Origin: Okamejei kenojei
Lineage: Eukaryota
Direction: 5' to 3'
DNA length: 64,000 nt
Assembly: GCA_035221665.1 (NCBI GenBank)
Contig: CM069150.1
Location: 35,030,001 to 35,094,000, forward strand
Shown: positions 1 through 12,584 of the stretch, piece by piece
Layout: every line of letters starts with the position of its first letter
Numbering within the stretch: the first letter of the stretch is position 1
Program-made: the position numbers and the translations under genes
Notes under the pieces: generated by a model
Databases searched by the model: none
What the model saw: the letters and a program-made list of their open reading frames with translations, nothing else
Told to the model about the DNA's origin: nothing

Positions 1-190
1 AAGAATCTATCCATCTCTGCCTTAAAAATATCAACTGACGGCCTCCATAGCCCACTATGGCAAAGAATTCCACAGATTCACCACCCTCTGACTAAAGAAA
101 TGTCTCCTCATCTCCTTCCTAAAAGAATGACCTTTAAATCTGAGGCTATGACCTCTAGTTCCAGACGCTCCAACTAATGGAAACATTGCC
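1..190 (-). mobile_element. CR1-type LINE 3' fragment (runs off window start)
   Basis: Reverse complement matches the CR1 ORF2 C-terminal region (aggaaggagatgaggaga...tttagtcagagggtggtgaatctgtggaattc) seen in other copies at 7420 and 9290. Confidence 0.85.
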
Positions 191-489
191 CCTCCCTCCC
201 AATCTAAAATCACTGTTCGTGGCCCCTCCAACTTCTTGCTTGACTAGTCCTAAGGTGGAGGGTTGTCTGCCGTATGCTGGAGTTCAATAACATGGCTTGA
301 GTGGAAGTAGTCTAATGAGAAAATCCTGCCCGTAAACCCCCTCTTTACGTTTTGACAGCAAGCAAAGCTTTAAACAATTTTATTGTTCAGAGCTATTAAA
401 ATTGGAGTGATTAATTGAAAGGAAATTAAAAATCACCTTTTTTACAAAACCCCCACATCTGGACAATCACAAACAGTTCTGAACATCTC

Positions 490-870
490 ATCGTGAAAAG
501 GACATAATGGTTGAAGAGAGAGTGCTGTAGAGGTTTACCACTATCATAGCTGAAGTAGATTAACATGGGAGACTGCAAAATTGAGATCGCATTGACTGGA
601 TTTTAGACGGTTAACTGTTATTTGGTTGGTTTTCATACTCTATTTGAACTGGTTGACACATTCTGGCTCCAGTGGCCATGGTCTAAAATGAGCTAAACCT
701 CTCGAGAGTGATGTTAGGAAACAGCAACACGCAGAGAGGTTGGCAGAAATGTGAACTCGCTTCTGTGTCCGGGAATTTAATCTCAGTCAGCTATTAATTT
801 TAATACCTGAAATTGATAGAGTTTGCTCACAAACGATATAAACCAATATAGGGAACATTGTGGCCATGTG
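490..870 (+). mobile_element. Old degenerate CR1 3' fragment
   Basis: Diverged similarity to CR1 C-terminal motifs (gaaaaggacata...gagagagtg...gaggtttacc; cacgcagagaggttggcagaaatgtgaactc). Confidence 0.5.
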
Positions 871-2235
871 GAGACAGGTAACAAATCAGCCATGACCCCA
901 CTGAGAGCGGAACACGCAGGAGAAGCTCAACACTCATACCTGCGTGACTTTTGATCTTGCATGCCACAGATACTGACTTCTTTCCAGTAAAGTGCAACAG
1001 GTAATCATGTCTGATGTAAACCCAGTAATGCAAGTGGTTCATCGGGATATCAGAATACAGAGGGCAAACACAATCTTGTTAGCATTCAATATTCACATGC
1101 ATGGATCAGGTACTACATAATGGTTACATTCATCTTTCCTGGACGTTTCAGATGCCCACCATCCACCCGTACTATGTCACTCCAATATCATCCCTGGCTA
1201 CACTCAACAGCATGATACAGTGGGATGAAAAATTATTTTCAGATGGTTTGAAAGTGATCATTGGAATATGGGATGCTTAAAAGATGAGCAATCTTCCATC
1301 AAGATCACTATTAAAATGAGTGCAATGTTCAAATAACATTGTTTAATTTCTTTTCTGTCGCTGTTTGGCTTCCAACTGATTTCACAAATGCGGCGCTGAA
1401 GAGATATAATGTTGGTTCTTAGGTTAAACAAAACTGCATTTATGTTGGTTTTCTTTTCATTCTCAGCCAATTAATACAGTATAATTAGAAACTGTTTTCT
1501 GTAATTTACAAAGTATGATGTTGCTCCTAAAATTACTCGTTTAAATTAAATTAATGTTCTCTGTGAAGTTTCTAAAAATATGTAACTTCAAACACAAGTT
1601 GCAAGGTGAGTGTAATTATCTATGCGGACTTAGTTTTCCAATTTGATGGAAATGCTTTTGTTGATTTTTTTTACCTGGCCCAAACTTCTTCAAATGCAGA
1701 ATGTCTCCCTGTGACCTCCAAGGTGCCTTCCAGGGCATGTCTAGTTACATATACAGGTCCACGTGTGCCTGCTAAGCTTTAAGACAAGTATGCTCCAAAA
1801 ATGCAGCTGACGCCAGCCTGATAGCATCTGTGTTGCCCTGCAATAGGCCTGGTAATACAGGCATTCTGGAGAAATCTTAGCAATCTGTTTAGATTACCCC
1901 AACTTCAGTGTGTAGTGGGAGATTTCCTTCTGTTTGGTATCAAATTCCGTGTATTAGTTGCATTTACATAAAATATTTTAATTCTGAAGCATGACTGTAA
2001 ATGGATTATGTTTTTTTCTTATCGCCCATTATATTTATGATACGATACGCTACAATAGAACTTTATTCATCCCAGAAGGGGAATTGGTCCATTATGGTTC
2101 AATGGTCCACTATAAAGTTCAGGGTCTCCCATTTAGATAATCAGTGACAGGCCCGTGAACAGCTTGAGAACATTTGGACAACAATATGGTTCTCTCTCGT
2201 TTTAACTGGTTAAACTATCAGTTAAAAAAGCAGGC

Positions 2236-3563
2236 AGAAACACATCTGCGCCTTCCTCCCTCGCAACATGGACCCGTTACAATTTGCATACCGTCCGAAC
2301 AGATCCACGGACGATGCGGTCTCCCAGGTTTTGCACACCGCGCTCTCTCATCTTGACAGCCAGAAAGGGGGCAACGTGAGGAATGCTGTTCATAGACTTC
2401 AGTTCAGCCTTCAACAGCCTTCAACACGATAGTCCCCACCAGACTGGCCGAGAAGCTACTGGAATTAGGGCTCAACACCCCCCTGTGTGCCTGGGCCCTG
2501 GACTTTCTCACCGCTAGGCCCCAGGTAGTCAAGATGGGATGGAATACATCAAAGTCCCTCACCCTGAGCACAGGATCCCCCCAAGTTTGCATCCTCAGCC
2601 CCCTGTTGTACTCCCTGTACACACATGACTGTGTGGTTAGGTTCAGCTCCAACTCGATAATCAAGTTTGCTGATGACACCGTGGTGGTGGGCCTGATCTC
2701 AGACAACGATGAGAAGGCCTACCGGGAGGAGGTGGGTGATCTGGCACTCTGGTGTCAGGACAACAGCCTCCTCTTGAACATCAAAAAAAGTAAGGAGCTG
2801 ATCGTGGACTTTAGGAGGGCACATCATACGAGGACGTACACACCATTGAGGATAAATGGGGATACTGTGGAAAGGGTGAGCTGTTTTAAATACCTGGGAG
2901 TCCACATCTCTGAGGATGTGACATGGACATCACACGCTGCAGCACTGGTGAGTAAGGCAAGGCAGCGCCTTCACCACCTCAGGCAATTGAGGAAATTCAG
3001 AGTGTCTCCGAGGATCCTCCAGTGCTTCTACTCAACAGCTGTGGAAAGCATCTTGTCCGGAAATGTTACAATTTGGTTTGGGAATTGCTCTGCCCAGGAC
3101 AGGAAGGCTCTGCAGAGAGTAGTGCGTTCGGCCGAACGCACTATGGGAACTTCTCTCACCCCTCTGCAGGAACTATACATCAGGAGGTGCAACTCCAGAG
3201 CCAATAAGATAATGGGAGACCCCTTCCACCCCTGCAACGGACTGTTCCAGCTGCTACGGTCAGGCAAACGCCTCCGTTGGCATGCTGTGAGAACGGAGAG
3301 GATGAGAAGGAGTTTTTTCCCAGAGGCCATTCGGACTGTAAACTCCTATCTCACCAGGGACTAACTTTACTAACTTTACTGTACCACAATACCGCCCACA
3401 ATATTTAATATGAAAAAGAACATGTGATTCTGTTCCATTCTGTTTGTAGTTTGTTGGTTGTTTGGTTGTTTGCTTTTTGCACAAAGTCCGCAGGCACGGC
3501 CACTTTTCATTTCACTGCACATCCCATATGTGTATGTGACAAATAAACTTGACTTGACTTGAC
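2236..3563 (+). mobile_element. Rex1/Babar-clade non-LTR retrotransposon, 5'-truncated, young
   Basis: RT motifs [57 protein letters not shown]; C-terminus [18 protein letters not shown]; 3' end aataaa followed by (CTTGA)n. Confidence 0.9.
2242..3364 (+). pseudogene. Reverse transcriptase ORF of the Rex1/Babar element (open 2534-3364; frameshifted upstream)
   Basis: 276-aa ORF with FADD catalytic motif; upstream frame broken by a 1-nt insertion near 2381 and a 10-bp tandem duplication (cagccttcaa x2, 2405-2424). Confidence 0.85.
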
Positions 3564-3726
3564 AGAGGGCGGGAAAATGAATTCATTTGCATGTTGGATA
3601 TTGAAACCATAATATGTCCATTTATTTTAATTGTGAGTATATTTGTGAAGCTTGCAGAATTTCTGAACTGTGTGAGTTTATAAAGGGTGTCGTTATTGTT
3701 TAATTAGATGGAACCAACATTCTGTC

Positions 3727-3850
3727 ATAGAGTGATACAGTGTGGAAATAGGCCCTTCGGCCTAACTTGCCCACACCAGCCAACATGTCCCAGGTACACT
3801 AGTCCCACATGCCCGCTTTTGGTCCATATCCCTCCAAACCTGTCCTATCT
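3727..3850 (-). mobile_element. CR1 3' tail fragment
   Basis: atagagtgatacagtgtggaaataggcccttcggcc is the reverse complement of the shared CR1/SINE tail. Confidence 0.75.
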
Positions 3851-4029
3851 AGGATTTGTCGAGGAGTATTTCAGTGATTAAACTAATAACAATAAATCCT
3901 GGTTCTATTCTTGGATTTTCAACCTGTAATGTTACTATTTTCTCTTTCTGCACAGATGCTGCCTGAGCAGCTGAGTTTTTCTAGCCTTTTCTATTTTTAT
4001 TTCTGTTTGACAAACTAGTCCTCTTGTAA

Positions 4030-4485
4030 CTACATAACTCTTCGCACTCCCTTCTTCTCCCGTACACCTCCTCATTCTTCCACTGCCTTTCCCTGTGCCC
4101 CACCTGGACTCGCACCTAATTCACCTCCTCCCCCCCCCCCCCCCCCTTCACCTACATTCTCTCCTCTAGCTTCTCAATTCATAACTCTTCAATCGTTTTG
4201 TCCACACCTTCTGTTTTTTTCGTCTCTGGCATATGTGCAATTATCGACTTATCAAAAAAACCTCACCTGTAACAACCTCGGGGTTTTATCCTCCCCCTCC
4301 TCTCTTCTAGCTTTCTTTCTCACGCCCCCCCCCCCCCCCCCCCCCCCCCCTCCGACAATCAGGCTGAAGGGTCCTGATCCGAAACGTCATCTATCCATGT
4401 TCTTCAGAGATGCGGCCTGAACCTGTGTTACACCAGCTTTTTGTGTCTTTTTTTTGTAAGCCTGCATCTGCAGTTCCTTGTTTCC
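4030..4485 (+). mobile_element. Penelope-like element 3' UTR and terminal repeat
   Basis: C-rich UTR like that at 49400-49680, then caatcaggctgaagggtcctgatccgaaacgtc and the terminal gatgcggcctgaacc...gcatctgcagttcc block. Confidence 0.75.
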
Positions 4486-5769
4486 ATTCTCTAATTCTCT
4501 CGCACACACAATTTCAGGTAATTTATCTGTGGAATCGCAAATGGGAAACTCATTCTTTGTGATTCGTATTTGCATTTTCTAAAATTGTAGATGAAATTTA
4601 TAGGAGATGAGATCACGTTTACTAAAGCACACACACCAAAGCCTTGAAATTATACCATGAGAGAACAGATTCGGCTGATTAACTCTTTCTCTGCAGTTTA
4701 ACAAAGTCATTAATCTGCTTAAGGAAGAAAAAAAAGAGTCAATAAATTCCTAGCACAGCAGAGAAAATTAAACTTCAAGAAAATCTGCAAATCCTACAAC
4801 TTAATTGCAAAACCATTACAAGATAACTTTGTAAAACTATTGTACAATGTTACAACAATAGGAATTGCGAGTACACTTGTATTTGAACAGTGGACCCGCT
4901 GTCGACGAAACTCTCAATCTCCGCAATGAAGAATGATGATCTGCAGTGTCACAGAATACTTGCAAACCAATCTGTTAATCCCAGGGGTAACATCACAAAA
5001 TCTAAGTACTTCTAACCTTGAGGAGACCCCCACCTCCAGCCCTTATGCACAGTTAAAATCTTTCCTGAAGTTCGAAGGAATGCAATTTTGCCATGTAGCA
5101 GGAAATCAGAAAAGAGATGCAGAAACTAAATGGGAGCAAGGGGACCCTATTAACGGGAAATGAAAGAATTGCATGGCTTGGAACTTCAATTTGCTGACCT
5201 CTGCTGAAAATTTGTTTTTCATGTTTATACGATTGTTGAATGTCACAATACCTAACAAGACCGCTGACTTGTTATCTCGCTTAAGATGGACTCAGAATGC
5301 TGGAGTAACTCCAGGCAGCATTACTGGAGACAAGGAATGGGTGATGTTTCATGTCGAGACCCTTCTTCAGATTTTGCTTGTTTCTGCCCACATTCAGTTT
5401 GATCTGTGTTTCCTTCATTCTTTTTAATATTTTCAGGCAATGTTATAATTTTCATTTAAAGTATTTACAATAAACAATAGTTTGACCAAAGCATTGCATA
5501 TGCCACCCATTGAGAATTATAATTCCCCAGTCTACCCCTCAGCTTTATATGATTGTTACATTTATGTTCTCATGTTATCTTCTCATCAAACAGTGTACAT
5601 GGTGAAACTCTATCATAGTATGTAGATCTTTACTACTTGACCCTTTATCCTCCCCAGTTGCATAACTGAAGCACTTTATTCTTGATTAGTTCCAATGGAT
5701 TTACATTTTAACCTTTCCCTCAGTTTTATATTCTTCTTACAGTGAGATGCTTCAAACTGTGTCCGCTGT

Positions 5770-6372
5770 CAATAAACAATAGACAATAGGCGCAGGAGTA
5801 AGCCATTCGGCCCTTCGAGCCAGCAGCGCCATTCAATGTGATCATGGCTGATCATCCCCAGTCAGTACCCCGTTCTTGCCTTCTCCCCATATCCCCTGAC
5901 TCCGCTATTTTTAAGAGCCCTATCTAGCTCTCTCTTGAAAGCATCCAGAGAATCTGCCTCCACCGCCATCTGAGGCAGAGAATTCCACAGACTCACCACT
6001 CTCTGAGAACAAGTGTTTCCTTGTCTCCGTTCTAAATGGCTTACTCCTTATTCTTAAACTGTGGCCCCTGGTTCTGGACTCCCCCAACATTGGGAACATG
6101 TTTCCTACCTCTAGCATTACCAAGCCCATAACAATCTTATATGTTTCAATAAAATCCCCTCTCATCATTCTAAACTCCAGAGTGTACAAGCCCAGCCGCT
6201 CCATTCTCTCAGCATATGACAGTCCCTCCATCCCAGGAATTAACCTTGTTAACCAACGCTGCACTCCCTCAATAGCAAGAATGTCCTTCCTCACATTAGG
6301 GGACCAAAACTGCACACAATACTCCAGATGTGGTTTCACTAAGGCTCTGTACAACTGCAGAAGGACCTCTAC
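5770..6372 (-). mobile_element. CR1 LINE 3' part
   Basis: ORF 5920-6354(-) YRALVKPHLEYCVQFWSP...IEGVQR..TRLIPG...SRTRGHSLRI; short-repeat tail at 5770-5790. Confidence 0.92.
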
Positions 6373-6525
6373 TCTCTGAATTAAAATTTAAAGTAAGTAT
6401 TTTTGTTTGTTTAAGAAGTGAAAAGCTAGCATTTTTACGCAGCAGTTTTTATGTGTTGTGCTTGAATCTCCTTTAATTCCTCTGACTTTCCATCTTAGTC
6501 AAGCACAATCTGACAAAATCTAGTA

Positions 6526-6710
6526 GCTGCAGATGCTGAAAATCTGAAATAAAAACAGAACACGGTGGGAACACCCTGCAGGTCAAGCAGCGTCTGGAAA
6601 GCGAATAGGTCAAAACCCTTTGTCAGAATTCCTTGTTGGCAAATGCTGCCTGACCTGCTGAGTATTTCCAGCATTTTCTCTTTTTATTTACAATCTAACA
6701 ACATCTTTGC
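6526..6710. mobile_element. Older fold-back (palindromic) Penelope-terminus element
   Basis: gcagatgctgaaaatctgaaataaaaacaga...caggtcaagcagc is inverted relative to gctgcctgacctg...tctctttttatttac...acatct. Confidence 0.65.
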
Positions 6711-7119
6711 TGGATGAATAAAGCAAACCTTTTCTTACACATCACCGAGCACAACTTATTCAGAAATTATATTTTAATGAGCAATCTACATACCTACATG
6801 GTGAACCAAAGGATAATTGAGCCTATTAAACCATTAATTAGTAGTGACTTTCTTTTGTCACAATTTTTAATTACCAAAAAATATATGATAAGATCACTGT
6901 TAACTTTTCAGATCATAGTGTACAGCTGAAGTATTTGTGAAGATATCTATTATAAGATTAGTCTTGGGTTGGCATTTTTTAATCTTTTTGAAGTGATATT
7001 GCACACATTAAGAACATGAGAAAACAGGAGCTAGAGCAGTCCTCACAAGCCTGTCTCACTATTCATTATGATCATAGCTGCTATACCCCAGGCCAGATCT
7101 CATCTGTGCCAATTTTTCC

Positions 7120-7677
7120 TTGCTCACAATTTGGAGTATTGTGAGCAATTTTGGGCACCCTCTCTGAGGAAGGATGTGCTGCCTCTGGAGAGGATCCAGA
7201 GGAGGTTGACAAGAATAGTCCCAGGAATGATTGGGTTAACCGATGATGAACTTTGTTGGTACTGGACCTATGCTTGCTGGAGTTTAGAAGAATGAGGGAG
7301 GCTCCCCGTTGAAACATACAGAGAATAGTGAAAGGTTTGGATAGAGTAGATGTGTAGAGGATGTTTCCACTAGTCTAGGACTAAAGGTCATAGCCTCAGA
7401 ATTAAAGGGTGTTTTTTTAGGAAGGAGATGAGGAGAAATTTCTTTAGTCAGTGGGTGGAGGATCTGTGGAATTATTTGCCACAGAAGGCTGTGGAGGCCA
7501 TCAGTGGATATTTTTAAGGCAGAGATAGATAGATTATTGATTAGTACAGGTGTCAGAGGTTATGGGGAGAAGGCAGGAGAATGGGGTTAGGATAGAGAGA
7601 TAGATGAGCCATGATTGAATGGCGGAGTAGACTTGATGGGCCGAATGGCCTAATTATACTCCTATCACTTATGACCT
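7120..7677 (+). mobile_element. CR1 LINE 3' part
   Basis: NLEYCEQFWAPSLRKDVLPLERIQRRLTRIVPG and the tail gggccgaatggcctaatt...cttatgacctt. Confidence 0.9.
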
Positions 7678-7819
7678 TAATTGCCTGCTCTTTCAAAAAT
7701 ATATCTTGTTCTTCTTCTTAATTTCTCAATCTGTTGGCACTGTCTGGAATTGACTGAGCTTTGGAAAATCTTCAACCAATGGATTTGCTATCCCTGCTGC
7801 CACTTTCTTTGAAAGGTCT

Positions 7820-8172
7820 TGATGAGATGCCTGCATAGGGTGGACGTGGAGAGGATGTTTCCACAAGTGGGAGAGTTTAGGATCAGAGGCCACAGCCTCA
7901 GAATAAAAGGGCATACCTTAAGAAAGGAGAGGAGAAGAAATTTATTTTGTCAGAGGGTGGCGAATTTGTGGAATTCATTGCCACAGACAGATGTGGAGGT
8001 CAAATCAATGAGGTTATTTTTAAGTCAGAGATTGACAGATTCTGGATTAGTAAGGGTGTCAGGGGTTACGGCAGGAGAAGGGGTTGAGAGGGAAAGCTCG
8101 ATCAACGTTCATTGAATGGCAGGTAAACTTGATGAACTGAATGGCCCAATTCTGCTCCAAGAACATGAACAT
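7820..8172 (+). mobile_element. CR1 LINE 3' fragment
   Basis: RVDVERMFPQVGEFRIRGHSLRIKG...RRNLFCQRVANLWNSLPQ; tail gaacatgaacatg. Confidence 0.88.
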
Positions 8173-8307
8173 GTGAGGTAGTGGAACCTGGTGCCTGCCT
8201 CCCTTCACTCTTTTTATTTTTTTTTCCAAAGTATTGTCCCCTGTAATGGGGATGGTTACAAGTTTTTCACTCCCATTTGAAAATAGTCCTTTTATCCTTG
8301 GGATGTA

Positions 8308-8671
8308 CAGGCACCTGGCGTTTTACATGGGGGTTACGGGCTTGAAAAGCAGCGCGTAAATCAAAAAGCTCTTAAATCAAATGTGCCAGGCACCGCACGT
8401 GACTATGCTGCCAATTGAAATAATTGAGGGTAAATCACATCATACAACATTGCAAAGTGCGCCCTCCCATCTGTACAATGTTTTCTTTCTGTTACGCAAA
8501 TCTGAACTTACAAAATAACTTTGAAAACTGATATGTAAGTTTGCTGGACATAAATCTGAGCGCATTATTCCGAAAATAGGAGCACATAAACTAAATTTCG
8601 ATTAGAATTAGACAAGAGCATTATTCTAATAACACGTGAATCAAGACCGTGTAAAGCGCGAGGTGCCAGTG
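8308..8671. mobile_element. Tc1/mariner (Tigger-like) MITE, degenerate
   Basis: Imperfect ~24-bp TIRs caggcacctggcgttttacatgg / ccgtgtaaagcgcgaggtgccagtg; TA precedes the left end. Confidence 0.55.
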
Positions 8672-9111
8672 TGCAGAATCGTCCATGGGGAAGATGATGC
8701 AAAGTATTAATTATTTACATTTCCTGTTATTAAAATCCCAGGCTTACGAAGTGCAAGTCCACACCCACCTATTTTGCCTATCCTTTATATGTCCATAGAA
8801 GTTCTTATTTATTTTTGTAATCATTCGTCAATTTACTCTCTTAATCAATTTTCTCCCTCCCGAGTATTTCTTTATGTTCCATTCTGGGTGCGGAAAAAAT
8901 CCTGTTCTGGTCTAGCACCAGCTTTAGACCAATTATATTAACCACCAATGTTTCATCTTTCCCAGCAAATCTCTCACTCAAAATTGGTTGATTTCTGCTG
9001 AGTACATATCTGCCATTACTCATCTACTGAACACTCCTTTTCAGCCTATCTTCGCAGTTCGCTTTGTCCAACCTATACTTCATAATCTTGTTATTGCCCT
9101 TACTTAACGGC

Positions 9112-9545
9112 ATTTGAGCATTTGATGGCATTAGGCCTGTACTCGCTGGAGTTTAGAAGAATGAGGGGGGGACCTCATTGTAACGTACGCAATAGTTAAA
9201 GGCTTGGATAGAGTGGATGTGGAATGGACGTTTCTACTAGCGGAAGAGTCTAGGGCTAGCGGTTATAGCCCCAGAATTAAAGGACTTCCCTTTAGGAAGG
9301 AGATGAGGAGAAATTTCTTTAGTCAGAAGGTGGTGAATCTGTGGAATTCATTGCCATTGAAGGCTGTGGAGGCCAAGTCAATGGATATTTTTAAGGCAGA
9401 GATAGATAGATTCTACAGATGTCAGGGGTTATGGGGCAAAGGGAGGGGAATGGGGTTAGGAGGGAGAGATAGATCAGCCATGATTGAATGGTGGCGTAGA
9501 CTTGATGGGCCGAATGGCTTAATTCTGCTCCTATTACTTATGACT
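9112..9545 (+). mobile_element. CR1 LINE 3' fragment
   Basis: DRVDVEWTF...RKEMRRNFFSQKVVNLWNSLP; tail gggccgaatggc...cttatgact. Confidence 0.9.
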
Positions 9546-10519
9546 TTATTTAAGTTGAGGGCACTGGTTGTGGACCTGAGGTGTTTACCCTCAAACTCCA
9601 TTTGGTATTCTTCCATGCTGTGGTAGAGTTAAAGTTGATTAATCCCAACTAATTGTGAATTAAGACATACCATAAATAAAAGTAAATTCTGTCTTCAATT
9701 CTGCTTAACTATGTTGACGCTATCCTTTCCCATTACAGCGTGTTAGTTTGTTTTAGGCAAGTCAAAAGAGAGAATAGTCCAGAAATGATTCTGGACTATT
9801 GTGCATTCTGCATTATTGTGCGTTTTGTGGTGAGTTATCTCCCAAAGTGGGTTCAGCTAAAAATTGTCTGCGTGCTATTGTTCCTACTTTCTACTTTGAT
9901 CTTTGTCACTGGTCCAAAGACTTGATTTATAATAACTATCAATCTTTCAGAGTCATTCATCAGGGTCCTGTTTCAATTCAGTAGCTCTTTGTTTTGTATT
10001 ACACAGAAAAGCTGTCATTCATTGCATGCAAATGATGTTTGTCCATTTTGCTTCTTTTCAGCAAAGCACAACCGCAAAAGGATAGCTTAAAACTGGAAAG
10101 ATTGTTTGCCACAGTAATTACAAATCTTTTTTTATACATATCATCATCTTGACCAGAACAGCTAAAACAAATAATCTCGTGTACACTTGATCTTCAGAAT
10201 AGGCCTGTGCAGAATAACAGCATTTTCCATTGTTGCCCTTTCGCCTTTAAAAAATGTAATGCAGTCTCATTAGCACTGAAATCTGACGGTGCAAAACTGG
10301 AAAAGCTGGCAAAATGCAAGTAAAGATTTGTATAAAAAATGTTGCTGAACAATTTTGCACTTTGGAGAATTAACACCAGTTTATAATAGTGAATGGCACT
10401 TTTGATAAAGGATTTTGTCACATTGGTCACTGTTCTTCTAGTTCTATCACATCCAAATGACATTAGCAATATTGTAACACCAGAATTTGTCTCAAGCAAG
10501 ATTTCCAACTACCCCGCTA

Positions 10520-11318
10520 TGGTTTCCTCGCACATGATGTGCGGGATTGTGGATTAAAGGGTCTCTGTAAAATTGACCCTAATGTGTAGGGAATGGGTGA
10601 TGAATATGAATGACATGGAGCTAGTGTGGATGGGTGATCGATGGTCGGTGTGGATAGTGTTGCCAACTGTCCCGTATTAGCCGGGACATCCCGAATATTA
10701 GGCCAAATTGGTTTGTCCCATACGGGACCACCCTTGTCCCGTAGTTGACTGCTACTACTCGGGTCGAGGAGACTGTCGGGTCGGAGTGCCGCGTCCGGCC
10801 CCGCCTCACCCGTCCCGACGTAGTGCAGCCCATGGAGTGAAGCAGCAGCACCTTGCCCATGGCCCCGTCGTTCGGCAGCCCGGCCAGCTGTCCGACCTTC
10901 GGATCTTCGCTTACGGCCGACACCACCACCCTCCTTTTCATGGCTGGTCATCGGTTCATGAGTTGGATGGGATGCTGACTTAGCGTGCAGAAGAACACAA
11001 AGCCCAGACGGTGGGCCAGTTGAGGAGGTTTGGCCCGGGCGCTGGACTTTGCACGCGATGTCCCGTGCCCCTGGCATCCGTGCCAAAACTCCTCAGCTGG
11101 CCCGCCGGCTGGGCTTTGTGTGCAGTCCAGCACCCGGGCCAACTCAGCCTTCACCTAGCCACGGCCGAGTCGATCAACAAAATGCCATCGGGAATTTGTC
11201 CCTTACTTTGACCTTATGTCCCTTATTTGGGAGTGAGAACGTTGGCAACCCTAGGCGTGGACTTTGTGGGCCGAAGGGCAAGTATCCATGCTGCATCTCT
11301 AAACTGAAACTAAACTAA
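10520..11318 (+). mobile_element. V-SINE/HE1-type SINE (5'-truncated) split by a hAT MITE
   Basis: SINE body ...ctagtgtggatgggtgatcgatggtcggtgtgga resumes after the insertion as ctttgtgggccgaagggc...ctctaaactgaaactaaactaaa. Confidence 0.8.
10655..11253. mobile_element. Non-autonomous hAT DNA transposon (MITE), 599 bp
   Basis: TIRs tagtgttgccaac / gttggcaacccta; 8-bp TSD ggtgtgga (10647-10654) / ggcgtgga (11254-11261); subterminal TGTCCC/GGGAC repeats. Confidence 0.9.
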
Positions 11319-11984
11319 AGAGCTCAAAGGAGGACCTGCTTGCAAGTTGGAAAGGAACTTGAAGTCCATATCAATGAATCCATGTAGGTCAAGCTTCCTT
11401 TAAATGAGGACATCTTCATCTCTGTACTGCAGGCTTGTTTTGGTGTCAGCAGTCTGCATTGTTTGGTGTGTAATGGAATACGAGATGTGTAGTCTGAGAA
11501 GCAGGTCCAAACTGTACTGGTTCACCTATTCTGATAGTTACATGGTCTCTTCTTGAATCAGAGATGCCAAAGTTAGACCTCCTTTGTATGGAGAAAATTA
11601 ACAATCATCTGCATTGGGTGCACAGGAGATAAGGAGATAAACCTTTGAGTTAGGTTTATACAAAGCAATTCCATGCATAAAACAGTCCATAAGGAAGGGG
11701 GCTAAATAAATGTCCACAATATTTCACTATTGTTGAATTTACAAAACTGAAATCCTGACATTACTTGGGTCATAAATACATTTTAAAACTGTGAATGCTG
11801 GAAACACTGAGTAGGTCAAGTTGCATCTCAGTGGAGAGAGAAACAATTTATATTTGGTGACTTTTCAACAAACTGACAAGCGTTCTATGCTTCTCAGAGA
11901 TGGATCCCACATGATCTTAGCTTTATTGAAATAATGTTCACTTTCAGATGAGTGCATTTTATATATTTTTTGGTACTTTAAATG

Positions 11985-12112
11985 ATAGGTCTATAAAGGG
12001 CAAAGGATACTGTCCCGTCGCAGGGTAATGGGACCAGTGGAGATGTGCAAGAGGTTTGGCATTGACCGGGTGGGCTAAAGGGCCTGTTTCTGTGTTGTAT
12101 GACTCTCTGATT
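11985..12112 (+). mobile_element. CR1 3' tail fragment
   Basis: gtgggctaaagggcctgtttctgtgttgtatgactctctgattc tail. Confidence 0.7.
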
Positions 12113-12584
12113 CTTAAAGTATGAATGGGAATCCCAGAGTGACAGCTTCAGCGAAAACAATTGTTTTCACTGTTCAGAACTTGCCTGGCTGCTTCCTACC
12201 GTGAACATAACTATCCTCAGTTATATTCCCATAGGTGTATTGCTATCTCATTGATGTCAAAGTGGAAACTATGGGAAGAGTTGATGGTACATTTTGTACA
12301 TTGAAGAGGACAGGTCACAGTCTGAACTAAACCTTTGTAAAGATGTAATGAATTTTAAAGTCAATACAGTGTTTTGGCTATACAGTCTCAGGCTGTAAAT
12401 GAAGGTGCTGTACGGCATGTTTCATTTCTAGATAGACTGGGGGAATTATATTAGTTTGGTACCATTTTTCTTGTATATTGTTTGAAGGCAAAAGTTATCA
12501 ATTTCCACAGAAAAGAGGAAAATATCATCTAAAGAGCAAAGTTCATTTTTAAAGCATCTTAGCCCTTTATTTAAATGTTATAAC

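Noticed and set aside
4128-4350. Long poly-C tracts (also poly-G at 16312-16329)
   Set aside because: Homopolymer expansions within retroelement sequence; lengths unreliable
7690-7820. Antisense CR1 piece next to a sense CR1 (possible 5' inversion)
   Set aside because: The pieces are non-contiguous in the ORF and differ in apparent age; more likely separate insertions
8173-8195. tgaggtag let-7-like seed
   Set aside because: The remainder does not match let-7 and there is no precursor hairpin
10517-11318. Cluster of GC-rich ORFs up to 189 aa
   Set aside because: They lie within the hAT MITE/SINE; stop-poor because of GC content, with no protein motifs
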